Shown here: in pieces, positions 50,930 to 63,243 of the stretch
Layout of the letters: every line of letters starts with the position of its first letter
How positions within the stretch are numbered: the stretch's first letter is position 1
Assembly (NCBI RefSeq): GCF_021869535.1
Contig: NW_026262604.1
Location: 63,364,001-63,428,000, forward strand
Direction: 5' to 3'
DNA from: Mytilus californianus
Lineage: Eukaryota
DNA: 64,000 nucleotides
Translations under genes and position numbers: made by a program
The notes under the pieces: model-generated
Database searches by the model: none
What the model was told of the DNA's origin: nothing
Seen by the model: only the letters and a program-made list of their open reading frames with translations

Positions 50930-51550
50930 TTAAGTAGTAGTTACCTTCGGAACGTTGGTCTTTTACGACAAGACTTTAAACATGGTTTGAAAATTGGCAT
51001 GTAGAAAGGTGATACATGTACAATTCAGGATATACCTGGTTTCTAAGAAGCTAAACTTAAGGTAAAATATTGAGAAAGCTGTGAAAATTGAAAAATGTGG
51101 TTGTTTTCTATTAACTCTTACCGAATGAGTAAATTTTTTGTCGTTTATACATTATGGATTCGTAATAAAATGTAAATAAAGGCAACAATAGTATACCGCT
51201 GTTCAAACGCACAAAAAGTACTTTTTTAAAATCATATGCATGCATCGGTCCAAATATTGCGTAAACATTATAATCACCCCAAACCCATTCCATATAACAT
51301 AAAGAGTTATACGGGGACATAGTGATTGAAGAGAATAAGACAACATGTTTTTTTTTTCATTGAACGAATTCCATGCATAACGTACCCTTAAGCTGTAACC
51401 TACAGCATATTGACCAGAAGGACAAAATCTTGGTTCGTGCCAATCACCCCATACACCACCGTTGTTACTTCGTAATGCTTTTACAACCTGCCTGGGATAC
51501 GATGCCTCACCAATACACACGGCTAAACTGAATAGTACCAGTTGGATAAA

Positions 51551-54015
51551 CATTCTAAAAAATATAATAAAAATGTCGGACATAGGAAATTTACATCGGC
51601 AATTGTCTGTACCATTAGCGAATTAAGGAGACGACCATTTGATATTCGTTGGTGTGGGGAGGAGGATTTTGTCTCTGACAGAATATTATTTTCACATTTT
51701 GCGCGTCTCACCTATTTTCATTTTTTGCGCGCGTTCAGAATATTCACCCTACCCCAGAATATCAAATTGTCGTCCCCTAAGGTTCCCTTAGGATTAGCTT
51801 CTATATTTTCACTAAAAGTGCGATTGAGATGAGTTGTGTGTGGATGACATTGCCCTGTAGATTTGTTTTTAATTGTCGCCTTTTAGGTGTAGGTTTGATA
51901 TTGTTCTCCTAGGAAAATATTGATACCCCAGTCTTAACGTTCTGGAATCTATATATAATAATGATAAATCATGGTCATTCCATGCGCATATGATAATGAT
52001 TCGCTAATGGTTTACCCTTATTTACTAGGTTAATTTTGATTTGTCAACTGCAAACCATATAAAAATAAGAATTTTACATAGTAAACAAATCATCAAAAAT
52101 TTAAAAGAGACCACAGAGGATAATAAGAGGATAATAGGCTGGTTCTCCTGCAACATACGGGTTTCTGAGGTTTCATTGAACTAGTACACATTTTTGTTTA
52201 GGGACCAGCTGAAACCCGCCTCCGGGTGTGGGATTTTGTCGCTGTATTGTAGACCCATTGGTGGCCTTCATCTGTTTTCTGCTCTTTGGTCGGGTTGTTG
52301 TCTCTTTGACACATTCCCCATTTCCATTCTCAATTTTATCTGAGATACACTTGTTGTCTTTTATCTGTCAGAGCCAAACAGATAAAGGATAGGGAACCAG
52401 TCTAAAGGGGATAATACTTTTTCTTTTCACCAATTACTAATTACTAAATATTATATTAATTTATGATAATTAGCAACATAGACAACATACCTGTCACACG
52501 ATGTTATTATAATTTTGAATAATTCTAATACTAGTTGGACGAACCAGAGTTTTATTTCACGATTTCCTTTTCTAAGAACTTGTAAAACTGTAGAACAACA
52601 TGTAGGATCAATAACAAATGTTGCATTCAAGTTTCAAGTATCAGGGAAAATAAATGACAAATTTATCCGATAAAAATTACGGTTAAAAATTGATCATAAC
52701 ACATTTTTTCAAAAGTGCAAGAAATATTCTTGTGTTAGACTTCACTGTCTATTTTCCATTAAAAAATGATAACAAAAAAAATCGAGTTTACTATGATCTC
52801 TTACTGCTAGCAGTAATAGCATTCTAAAAATAATCATAAAAATCTAAATCGTATTTCGGATATTTACCTCGGCTAGTGTCTTGACCATAAAGGTTAGCGA
52901 ATTAAGGGGACGATCATTCGATATTCGTGGGTGTGGGGAGGAGGATTTTGTCTCTGACGGAGTATTAATTTTTATCTTTTGCGAGTCTCGCTTATTTTCT
53001 TTTTTTTTTGCGCGCGCGTTCGGAATATTCACATCCCCTCACCACGGAATTTCAAATGGTCGTCTCCTAAGGTTCTCTCAGAACACCACGGAATATCAAA
53101 TGGTCGTCTCCTAAGGTTCTCTCAGAACAAGAGAGGCGAAAGATTCCGAAGGGACATTCAAACGCATAAGTCGAAAATAAACTGACACACCATGGCAAAA
53201 AAAAGAAAAAGACCAACAGACAAACAACTGGACACAAGTTTCTATATTTTCACAACAGTGAGATTGAGATGTGTTTTGTGTGGATTACATCACCTTGTGG
53301 ATTTCTTTTTAATTGTGGCCATTTAGATGTAGGTTTGGCATTGTGCTCCTAGGAAAATATTGATACCCAAGTCTAAATAAACGTGCTGGAATCTATATAT
53401 AATATAATGATTAATCATGGTCTGGTCAATCCATGCGCATATGATAATGATTCGCTAATGGTTTTCCCTTATTTACTGGGTTTATGTTAATTTGTCAACT
53501 GCAAACTGTATGCAAAATAAGAATTTCACATAGTAAATAACTCATCGAAAGTTCCAAAGAGACCAAAGAGGATAATAAGAGAATAATAAACGTTCCTTTT
53601 TTTTTTCTTTTCAGCATTTACTAATAACTATTTTAAACATTTAAAATAAATTAATTAATTATTATAATAATCAGAAAAAGACACAACATACCTGTTTGCA
53701 CGATGTTATTATAATTTAAATAATTATAATACTAGTGGAATGCACCAGAGTTTTATTTCACGATTTGCTTTTCTAAGAATTTGTAAAACTGTAGAACAAC
53801 ATGTAGGATCAATAACAAATGTTGCATTTAAGTTTCAAGTGTCAGGAAAAATAAATAAAAATTTAACCGATAAAAAAACGGTTAAAAATTGATGATAACA
53901 CATTTTTTTGAAATGGCAAGACATATTCTCGTGTTAGACTCCACTGTTAATTTTTTATTAAAAAATGATAAAAAACTGAGTTTACCATGATTTCTTACTG
54001 CTATCAGTAACAACT
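51551..54015 (-). repeat. Tandem duplication of the VMO1-A upstream region (about 51551-52819 and 52820-54015)
   Basis: Collinear blocks, e.g. GTGGGGAGGAGGATTTTGTCTCTGAC at about 51654 and 52932, and donor-like CAG|gtatgt at 52491 and 53692. Confidence 0.85.
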
Positions 54016-54883
54016 AATTGGAAGTTTATGACAACATTTGTCGGCTACATTCCGACAAAAACAACATAGCAAACAGGTCGTCGTGTGAATCTTATAATGA
54101 TGTATTTCCCATTTGGTAATAGTGGCATAAATTTAACTTTAAGTTTTAAAGCTCAGTATCATAAATATTTGACTGCGACATAAAAAGTTTTAAAGGAAAC
54201 GAATTTACGTACATGAAGAGTAACGCTTTTTTTTTTTTTATTGTTTTTTAATAAACAAACAACTTAGATAAATAAAGCATCACCTTTTTTGGAGATATAA
54301 CATTTCACTACACACAGTGTAACAGTGTAGTTTTAGAAATTTATCCCGATATCTATTGGAGATAGACCATCGATTTTTAACTTTGTAATATCCCTAATTC
54401 TATACTGCTGGATTTGCTAATAATTGCTCAAAGATTGAGTTCAAATCATGCACACCGTTTAATGTCGTAGAACTAATCTATATGAAACTTAACCACGACG
54501 TTAGATAAATAGTTTTATTATACTTCACGTTAAAATGCCAGATATGGATCGGCTAATACGAGGGAGATAATTTACTCCATCCCATGGCTCAGCGAGAGAC
54601 AGTTTTTTGAATGTCATCCAATTATGCAGGCCATAAAAAAATGATAATTTAAAGGACAGTGAACTGAATGTATATCAATACTTTTAAAGACAATGCTCAA
54701 GTTCTACGTTTTGGCCTCAGAACTTTAACATAGACTGTCAAAAAAAGACATCTTCCTTCATTTTTGTTGTTTTTCTAATAACTGTAACGTTGTTATGTAC
54801 ATGTCGTCATAGCTAAATACTTCCAATAAATAAAATTCAAAAGGCAATAATGATAGAACATTCAGTATAATAAATTAAAGATG

Positions 54884-55010
54884 CACTTAGCTGAGAGGGC
54901 GATAGAGCAGATTGGTACCCCTCGAAAAAATATTTTCAACTGTGCCTTCCTCTCGGTTGACAATGGTTTCTCGGGGTAACAATCTGCTCTATCACACTCT
55001 CAGCTATGTG
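54884..55010. mobile_element. Second ~127-nt hairpin of the same architecture as 13397-13540
   Basis: CACTTAGCTGAGAGGGCGATAGAGCAGATTGGTACCCC pairs with GGGGTAACAATCTGCTCTATCACACTCTCAGCTATGTG. Confidence 0.55.
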
Positions 55011-56102
55011 TTATTTATATAGAAAGTACACGATATCTTTAAAACAATGTTTTTTCTTGGAAAATGCGAATCCGATTGCATTCTAACACTGTCTTAAATT
55101 TATCAGCAACTAGGCAATGTTTTAATGATTAGTTCATCCGACGGAAGACCAATATGAGCTATGAATGAATGAATGAATGAATATGAATGAATATTTTAAT
55201 ATTAAAGTGCAACCTGAATAAAAACAAACAATTATATTCACATATACAAGTGATTTTCAGCCAGCCAATTAGGCTGATGCACTGTCATGATATGATACAC
55301 ATTATGTTTCCATTATTGAAAATAAAAATAAATAAATAAATAGATATATGTAGGACTCAAATCTATGGTGGGTTCCAAATCTATGGCGGATTCCTAATCT
55401 ATGGTAAATATGACGTCATGCCATCCCAAATCTATGGCAAAAAATTTACACTCCTAATCTATGGCAAGTTTTTTAAAATTTTCTAATTATGACGTCATGC
55501 CATCCCAAATCTATGGCAGATTTTTTACAACCCAAATCTATGGCAAATTTTGTAATTTCCAAATCTATGGCGGATTTTTGTTGATTTAAAATCTATGGCA
55601 AATGTCGTGCAAATGGAAAACAATGCAGTATATACGACCAATGACTTGTCTAAAACAAATGGAGATAAATGACAACGTAAGAGTGTGTTTAAACACTAGT
55701 GAAATAAACATGTTATAGCTGACTATGCAGTATGGGCATTGCTCTTTGTTGAAGGCGGAACGGTGACCTATAGTTGTTAATTTCTGTGTTTGGTCTCTTG
55801 TGGTGATTTGTCTCATAGCAATCATACATGTCATACCACAACTTCTTTTGTATATTGTATAAATTATAAACCACATCATGACAGTAACCAAATTTATAAA
55901 TGATCAATTTAAAAAGCTTAATAAAGACTTCATGATCTTGAAATGATGTGTCCCGTAAACATAAGCATTTTCTACTCTGTGCATGGTCATGTTTAACCGA
56001 CACATTAACCAAATAGTAAGTCATTAAACAACAAGAAAGCAGTTTCTGTTTGTAAAAAAAATAAACACTTTGACTCTTCACATGCTATTTATTTTCTCCT
56101 GA

Positions 56103-59100
56103 TCACATCTTTTTAATTTGATGACGATTTAAATCAAATTTGTATCCTGTAATTTGATCTGTCACTTTATACACTTTTCCAGCAGTAGACGCTGAAATTG
56201 AGTCTATGACCCCTTTCCTGAAATATCCTGTACTGAAAACTGCGGTGCCTTTGTTCATCGCAGGATTCGGTCTGTACATCACATTTTGTCCCTCTTCCGG
56301 ATAGTAGGTAATGTCTTCCCTCAAACCATCGGAAAACTGCTCTAGTGGAAAAGCTGAAATTGTTTCCCGGTGAATTTGTTTATAAAAATCGGTGAGTCCA
56401 GTGTTAAATACCGGTAACTGTTTTTGATTTACATTCTACAAAAAAAAATAGTCTATAAGTATAAACAAAAAGTATATGTTGGCTGAGTGAAATCAAATCT
56501 AAATCATCTAGATAGATATACGAAGATGTGGTATGAGTGCCAATGAGGCAACTCTCCATCCAAGTCACAATTTGTAAAATTAAACTATTATAGGTTACAG
56601 TACGGTTTTTCACACCGAACAGCAAGCTATAAAGGGCCCCAAAAATGACTAGTGTAAAACCATCAAACGGGAAAGCCAACGCGGTTTACTTATTTTTAGG
56701 TTAAAAAAATATATGCAAAGTATAGCAGTTTTAAAATAAAGTTGATATACTAGTAATAACCGTACAAAACAAACTAAAATTCAACTTTTACATTTTGCAT
56801 TTGAATGGTTCAGCATTATTAAAAGTCTTATACATGTACATGTATACGTGCAGTCGCAACACTTTTAAAGATTTCTATCAAATGCATCAAATTTTATGTT
56901 ATATAGGACAATATTTTAAAAAGTACATCATACAGTTACAAACCTATTCTATACAACAGTATGTAAACAAAATTATTACATATTACGCTTACATAACGAG
57001 CAACAAACTACTAAGGCACAAAGTTTAAAATATAGGACATTTAAAGACAAATCCCAACAAAATCACATACCTGTGGATGAACTGGTACATTTTCTTTATT
57101 TTGCTCGTTATAAAACTTTCTCTGATACATTTGTTTGTAGTATGGACTAACATTTTCCTACAAAAAAATAAACAGAATATTTCGTGTTATTTTGTGCACA
57201 ATTTATCACTTAATATTTCACTGAACAAATAATACATTAATACACATGTAAAAATATTCGTCTAATCTGTAGGTTATACGGAAACTCATACAACAATAGG
57301 TTTTTCTATTTTAAAAAAAAAAATATTTATGTATTGGTTAGGAACAAGTACGTACTCTTAAGATCTAATGTGTTGGTTTTCTTTCTTCTTCTTTTTTTGG
57401 CGTGTGTTGAAAATTATAAACAAAGTAATGCACAAGGCTTAACATACTTACTTGCAAAATAACAGTTTGTGAAAATGATGGTTCGGGCACTACAAAATCA
57501 TTTTCCTGGGTACAATCTGGAGGTAAATTGCCATGTTCTTCATTTACGCCATGGTCTAGAATGTTCATCGCCTCTGCAAAATAAAAACAAAAACTAATTA
57601 ATTAATTTACAGTTAAATATAGCTAAGCATATGTTAAATTTGCATTTATTTTTATCACATGTAAAACGAGTAATTGTATTCATTTTTAGAATTAAATTTA
57701 TAATTTAAATTTGTGTACTTTTATTAGTTTTAAATAATGATTGATTGTTTGTTGGTTGCTTAACGTCCAGTGGCAAATATTTCATGCATGTTCAGGACGA
57801 TAGCTTTAAGTAAAAAGTTCATGCATATGTGTTTAAATCTTACCATGTAAAGTGAGTTCCTCTTCATTATTATTTGTACTGGCGAATTGGTTTCCACCTG
57901 AAGACTCAGTTAAGGATGAGTGTAGCACATCAACAGATACTTCTGGGAGTTCTTCCTCTGACTCATTTTCATCAACATCTAATTCGGCGTGCTCTAAAAA
58001 GTCTCGTTCTTCTTTAGTAAGAGAAGCATAAGGTACCTTTAAATACAAAGGTATGTTGAAAAGAAGATGCTCTTTTTATAATAAAAAATAATTTTCAATT
58101 TGTTTGGTGTGAAAAAAACCGTTGTTTTGTTGGTTTGTCTTTATTTCCTGACATTCGGCAAGTAATAATTTTTAAATAAATCTATAATGTAAAAATCTAT
58201 CTCAACCGCAAGTTAAAAAACAAATACTGATATGAATAATAACCCTAATCAATTTTTTCTTAAGACACGTCTCATGATAGCTTATTTACACAGACTAGAC
58301 TGCATATTCTTACAACTTAAGTCACTAGACGGCACATTGTCACGGTAAGAGACATAACATTGACACAGCCTACGGCTAAAAATAGTACATTTGCAAACTA
58401 AGGCGCTATAGTGCACATGACACATTCTATGGTACTTGAATGCACATTGACACAGCCAACAGCCCTAAACGGCACATTGACAGCCTACGGCCCTAGACGG
58501 CACATTGACATAGCCTACGGATCTAGACGGCTAATTGACACAGCATACTGCCGTAGCCAGCTTATTGACACATCCTACGGTCCTAGACGACTTATTGACA
58601 CAGAATAGCTGTAACATAAAGTAAGAATACTACTACAAATGACCTAATTACTAAGATTTTTTTATAACACAAAGACTCAATTTTTAATTTCCGAAATAAT
58701 AATTTAAATAAAATTAACGAAGTAAAGTAAATACCTGATCATCAAGCGGCACAGCAAAATTTGGTCGACTAAAAAATAGCTGATATGGAGTCTTTGGACG
58801 TGTGGCCTTGTTTAGCCTGTTGTTATATGCGTAATAAAATTCAGGAAGTTGATCGGACCAGTCTGAACGTTCTGACATTTTAATTCTAAAATACTCAGTC
58901 AGTGTGCGATTAAAACGTTCCACTCTGCCCTGACTTTGTGGGTGGTATGGTCTACCATGCATTTGGACTGTGTCAAATTGTATTACAACTTCTTTAAGAT
59001 GCGAGTTCCGGAATTCTTTTCCATTGTCAGACTGTAGAATACGTGGAGCTCCATATAGATAAATGTAACTGAGTACAACTTTGCTTATTTCAGTAGCACT

Positions 59101-59739
59101 TTTAGTTTTACATGCTTGGCCAAATGCAAATCTTGAAAAACAATCAACGATATTACATATGTACTGATATCCTTTATGAGGTGGCATCTTTTTTAGGTCA
59201 ATTTGCCATCTTGAATTTGGATAAGTTGCTGGTATTGGGCGTCTTGTTCTTTCTGTTTTTGGTAGAGATATAGCACTTTTACATTGTTCACAGTCCACGT
59301 AAAGATCAAATAAAAGCTTCACGTTTTCCCTTACGACTGGGAAAACAAATCTTCGAATAGATTCATAAATGCTGTGAGATTTTCTGTGATCTAATGCATG
59401 ATTCTTTTTTACTAGATTAATTAAATCCTCCTTTGAAAGACATTTCCTATGAGGAGTAGCTAGGTCAACACTTTTTTTATACAAATGATTCGAAGTCAAA
59501 TCATAAAAATAATTTTCCAAATATTTTCTAACCATTCTATCGTTCAACTGTTCATTGCAAAACTTGATTATTTTTGCGGATCCCCATTTTGGATTTTCTG
59601 CTTTTAATTTGCAAATGGACACTACCTTTGCATAGTCCCTCCAAAACGCTTCTGGATTAGGGTCCTTTGAAACTGGTTTCTTCTTTTCCTTTGCTAATAC
59701 AAAACCTTCATCTGGAATGGTGTTCATGGGTTCCGCCAT
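56103..59739 (-). CDS. Ginger-type transposase, 5 exons (59739-58735, 58036-57844, 57573-57452, 57157-57071, 56435-56103), 579 aa, intact
   Basis: Exon lengths 1005+193+122+87+333=1740 nt, all GT-AG with matching phases (0,1,0,0) and no internal stop. Motifs: H-x3-H...C-x2-C zinc site (HALDH, CEQC); DDE in WQIDL, QSDNG and GRVERFNRTL; start context AAGATGGCG. Confidence 0.88.
58442..58607. repeat. 28-30 bp minisatellite (~6 copies) in transposase intron 1
   Basis: Units like CACATTGACACAGCCTACGGCCCTAGACGG; explains the spurious ORF 58411..58608. Confidence 0.85.
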
Positions 59740-61726
59740 CTTCAAATTCGGCGGCGGCGACGACGTCATATGGCGTTATTTGATTGTGACGTTATATGTA
59801 ACTCTTTTTCCCGGAAAAATAGGCAATTTCAAAATCTGCCATAGATTTGGAGAAAACAAAAACTGCCATAGATTTGAGACGGCATTACGTCATATTTACC
59901 ATAGATTAGGAATCCGCCATAGATTTGGAACCCGCCATAGATTTGAGTCCTACATATATTTCAAATTTAGACGAAAATATAGTAAGGCACGATATCAATT
60001 GACCACAGATTGTCTGATAGTAAAACAGTTCAAAATAAAGTTAGATACAAGCTTGCTGTAATTAAAATAAATGTTTTAATTTAATGTTCGCTGGTAGCGT
60101 ATTTAAATCTATGTCTATCACTCGGAATGTGTTGCATGTAAATTTGTTCAAAGATCCTCTCTTCAGACACTACTGGTCCATCCAATTAAATAAAAATTTG
60201 ATACTATTGATCCGTAGGGACTATTGATCCGTAGGGTTATTTAAGGGTAAATAGGGTATTTAGTTTATGGTTTGGTAGATATATTCCTGTCAACCAACCA
60301 ATATGGCCGTTATGTCTAGAAATAGAACATACTAGGGTAAAATGTAGGTACTTGTCTTCTACTAGTATCTTGAAAACCATAATAGATACAACAAATACGA
60401 GGATGTGGATAGGGGTTTTATACAGAATAGAGAATTATAGGCATAAAATATAAAGAATAGAGTAAAATGGACAGAAAAGAAAAAGAATAGAAAATAATGA
60501 GGTGCTAAAACATAAAGAATAGAGAATAATGGGCAAAAGTATAAAGAATAGGGAAAAATGGCCAAAAAATTAAAGAAATACAGAAACGAAGGACCTCCAT
60601 CTAGACCCTCAAATACTGACTTGGAAAAATACTACAAATGACAGGATCTATCTACTCTTCATGTGACCCAATACTATCAGACGGCACCCTATGGGAGTTA
60701 TTGCCTTCAATGACGATTTTTGGCCTATTTTAGTGTTGTTATCAATTTTCGTTAAAAAAAAACAGAAACTATTAACAATAGATATAATCAGATATTAAAA
60801 GATCTATAACGTTACAAAAGAGAGGAAAAAGATACCAATGGGACATTCAAACTCTTAAGTCGAAAATAAACTGACAACGCCATGGCTAAATAAGAAAAAG
60901 ATCAACAGACAAACAAAAGTACACAAAACACAACATAGAAAACTATAGACTGAGCAACACGAAGCTCACAAAAAACTCGGGGTGATCGCAGGTGATCCGG
61001 AAGGGTAAGCAGATCTTGCTCCACATGTGACACCCGTCGTGTTACTCCTGTATAATACTTTGATAAGTTATATGCAAGACAATTTATACAAATGAAACCA
61101 TCAATTGTCACCATCAGACGCTTCCATTCACGTCATACGGGCTATGATGGATAGATGACTCATCAGCAATCATACCATGTCTCCTTATTTTTATGTTAAT
61201 AAAGGAATTATAGTCTTTAAATAATGGTTTTTGACAAAATCAACCGTTTTTGACTATAAGTATCTTGAAAACTGAAAATGATAGGCAAAAATTGAAAACA
61301 GAAATTAATAATCAACAATACAAAGTCGACAAATATGACTGAAGCAATCAATAGTCTCCATGTGAAAGTTATTGTCCTTGAATATATTTTTTTTAAATAG
61401 AACTTTATTTAAATTTTTATTATATTTTATTTGGAAAAAAAATCCCACTTTAATAATATATCATATTGTCAATAATTACCGAACCAACTGCTCATAGACA
61501 TAAGGCAAAACATCGACTGACAGTTAGCACTACCCTTGAAACAGAAAAGCACCCGTATTTTACTGTTTTGGTCTTTTTTTTTTTATACAAAGCTATCAAA
61601 TAAGTGCAATCTGATTAAAATCCAGACCTATATTAACTCGCGTGCTCGTACATATAAGTAGAACGAAATCAGAGAACTATATTTTAATTAGATTGCAAAT
61701 AAGTGCAATGTATCATTCTAATATTT

Positions 61727-62883
61727 TTATTTACATCAGAAGAATTTAACATTATTTAAGGCTGTGTCATCCCCTGATCCGCCTAGTTGTCTCTCCACCT
61801 TTGTCGGCAAGCCACATATTGCAGTCCCACGAGGACAAGTACTCCAGCCACTAAAGTGTCCCCAGAAACCACTTCCGCCAATTTCATATTCAGGCAAATA
61901 CCACTTTAAATCTTTACACCTGAATCTCACATAGTTGGCTGCGGTGTCATCTCCTCTTCCCTAAAATATAATTGATCTTGTTCAAATAATAGATCTTAGA
62001 AAAGGTCTTATAATTCAGACAAAGAAGGATAACATTTCTAAATTCACATAATTAAGAATAAGATAATTTTGTTTAATATATTGATTATCATAATCAATGA
62101 AATAAATAATTAATTCATCTTTATTTATAGTGTTTACCCCCGTGATTAAGTATAAAAGTGGGCGATTTATGCTATTAAAAATGTCCACTTAGTTTCAGAA
62201 TACTTTACTTCGTCCTTGGTCAATATAATCGTAACCAATTAACAGGTCCATATTTAACGTATTGAACTCGTCAAAAGTCCATAATTGATAAATATGGTTA
62301 ATAGGGTATGCATTTAAATTGTATCAGTATAAACGTAAATGGATTTTCAGATATGGGGATGGAAATATGAGTTTAACGTAGATCAATCTTAAAACACAAT
62401 ACAGTTACCTCCTAATTAGAACTTTAATTAACGAAAGATTGAAAGACCTTTGAAAATGAACCTGGTGTCAAGCAGATTCCTTCAAAACTACGGAATCAAA
62501 CCCATCACGACGGGCAGGGTTATATGTCAAATGATGTTAATAACTTATCACGGCATTAATGGACCAATTGTGACAAAAAGTAGATGAAAAAGCTTTCGAA
62601 TATTATGAATGCAAATAAAGTGTAATTTAATAAACGAAACATATACTTTATTTTTAGTTATTTACTGGTATTAATTACCCGACTGCCTTCCACTTGTAGA
62701 GAGAAGGAATGCAAATAAATGCGTTCGCATTCCACATTTCATAAAACTAGTCCATCCACCCCAAGGCCCATACCTAAATGTAACTGTGAATCCATTATTT
62801 GATCTACTTTCTTTCGTATCACAGAACAGTTTTATGCCATTCAGAGAGGTATCATCCCCACGACCTCCTTGCTTCCCTTCAAT
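61727..62883 (-). pseudogene. VMO1: VMO1-like gene copy B, exons 2 (62883-62679) and 3 (61960-61727); exon 1 lies beyond the window end
   Basis: Exon 2 is 205 bp versus 204 bp in copy A (+1 frameshift near 62716). Exon 3 has TGT->TGA at 61738-61736, three codons before the native stop. Flanks are homologous to 46040-49800. Confidence 0.85.
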
Positions 62884-62974
62884 CTGTTATAAAATTGAAC
62901 AGGAAAATTATATTTGTAAAACATCATCCGATCAACATCCGGGAGGTCTAGTGACAAATGATACTTGGATATCA

Positions 62975-63243
62975 GCACGAAAACATAACAATGTCAATGT
63001 GGTATTAATATGAACCCTGCTTTGTACTAAACCGACATGCTGAGCAGAATTTTACAAATTAACAGTTCGCAGGAAGACATGCATTCCTACCCGGACACGT
63101 TATTGCGACTCCTAGCCGATCTGCTTTTCTCTTACATTTTTTACTCCTAAATGCCACGTGCTAAGCGTAGTAGAAACTAATACTAATTATCAAATCTTTT
63201 ACCCGCATCCTTCCACACTTGTGGCGAGCAAGCTACGATACCA
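62975..63243 (-). mobile_element. Degraded tRNA-derived SINE, orthologous to 48665-48924
   Basis: Shared TATGAACCCTGCTTTGTACTAAACCGACATGCTGAGC at the same intron position in both VMO1 copies. Confidence 0.5.

Larger units (their letters stand above)
46716..51553 (-). pseudogene. VMO1: VMO1-like gene copy A: coding exons 51553-51386, 48513-48310, 46949-46716; 201 codons with one premature TAG (48360-48358)
   Basis: Signal peptide MFIQLVLFSLAVCIGEA; three repeats containing GDDTSLN/GDDTAAN/GDDTALN and GxWG motifs; all introns GT-AG phase 0. The stop in exon 2 aligns with ATG in copy B. Confidence 0.88.
55349..59954 (-). mobile_element. Complete Ginger-type (integrase-family DDE) DNA transposon, 4606 bp
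   Basis: TGT...ACA termini; 91-bp TIRs (55349-55439, 59864-59954) with 4 mismatches; 4-bp TSD TATA (55345-48, 59955-58); encodes a Gypsy-like integrase. Confidence 0.92.

Noticed and set aside
59717-60061. 114-aa plus-strand ORF across the right TIR
   Set aside because: The repeated HRF peptides come from the CCATAGATT motif array, and the ORF crosses the insertion boundary.
61736-61738. TGA at a Cys position in VMO1 copy B as selenocysteine
   Set aside because: The copy is already frameshifted upstream, copy A has TGT, and no SECIS was recognised downstream.
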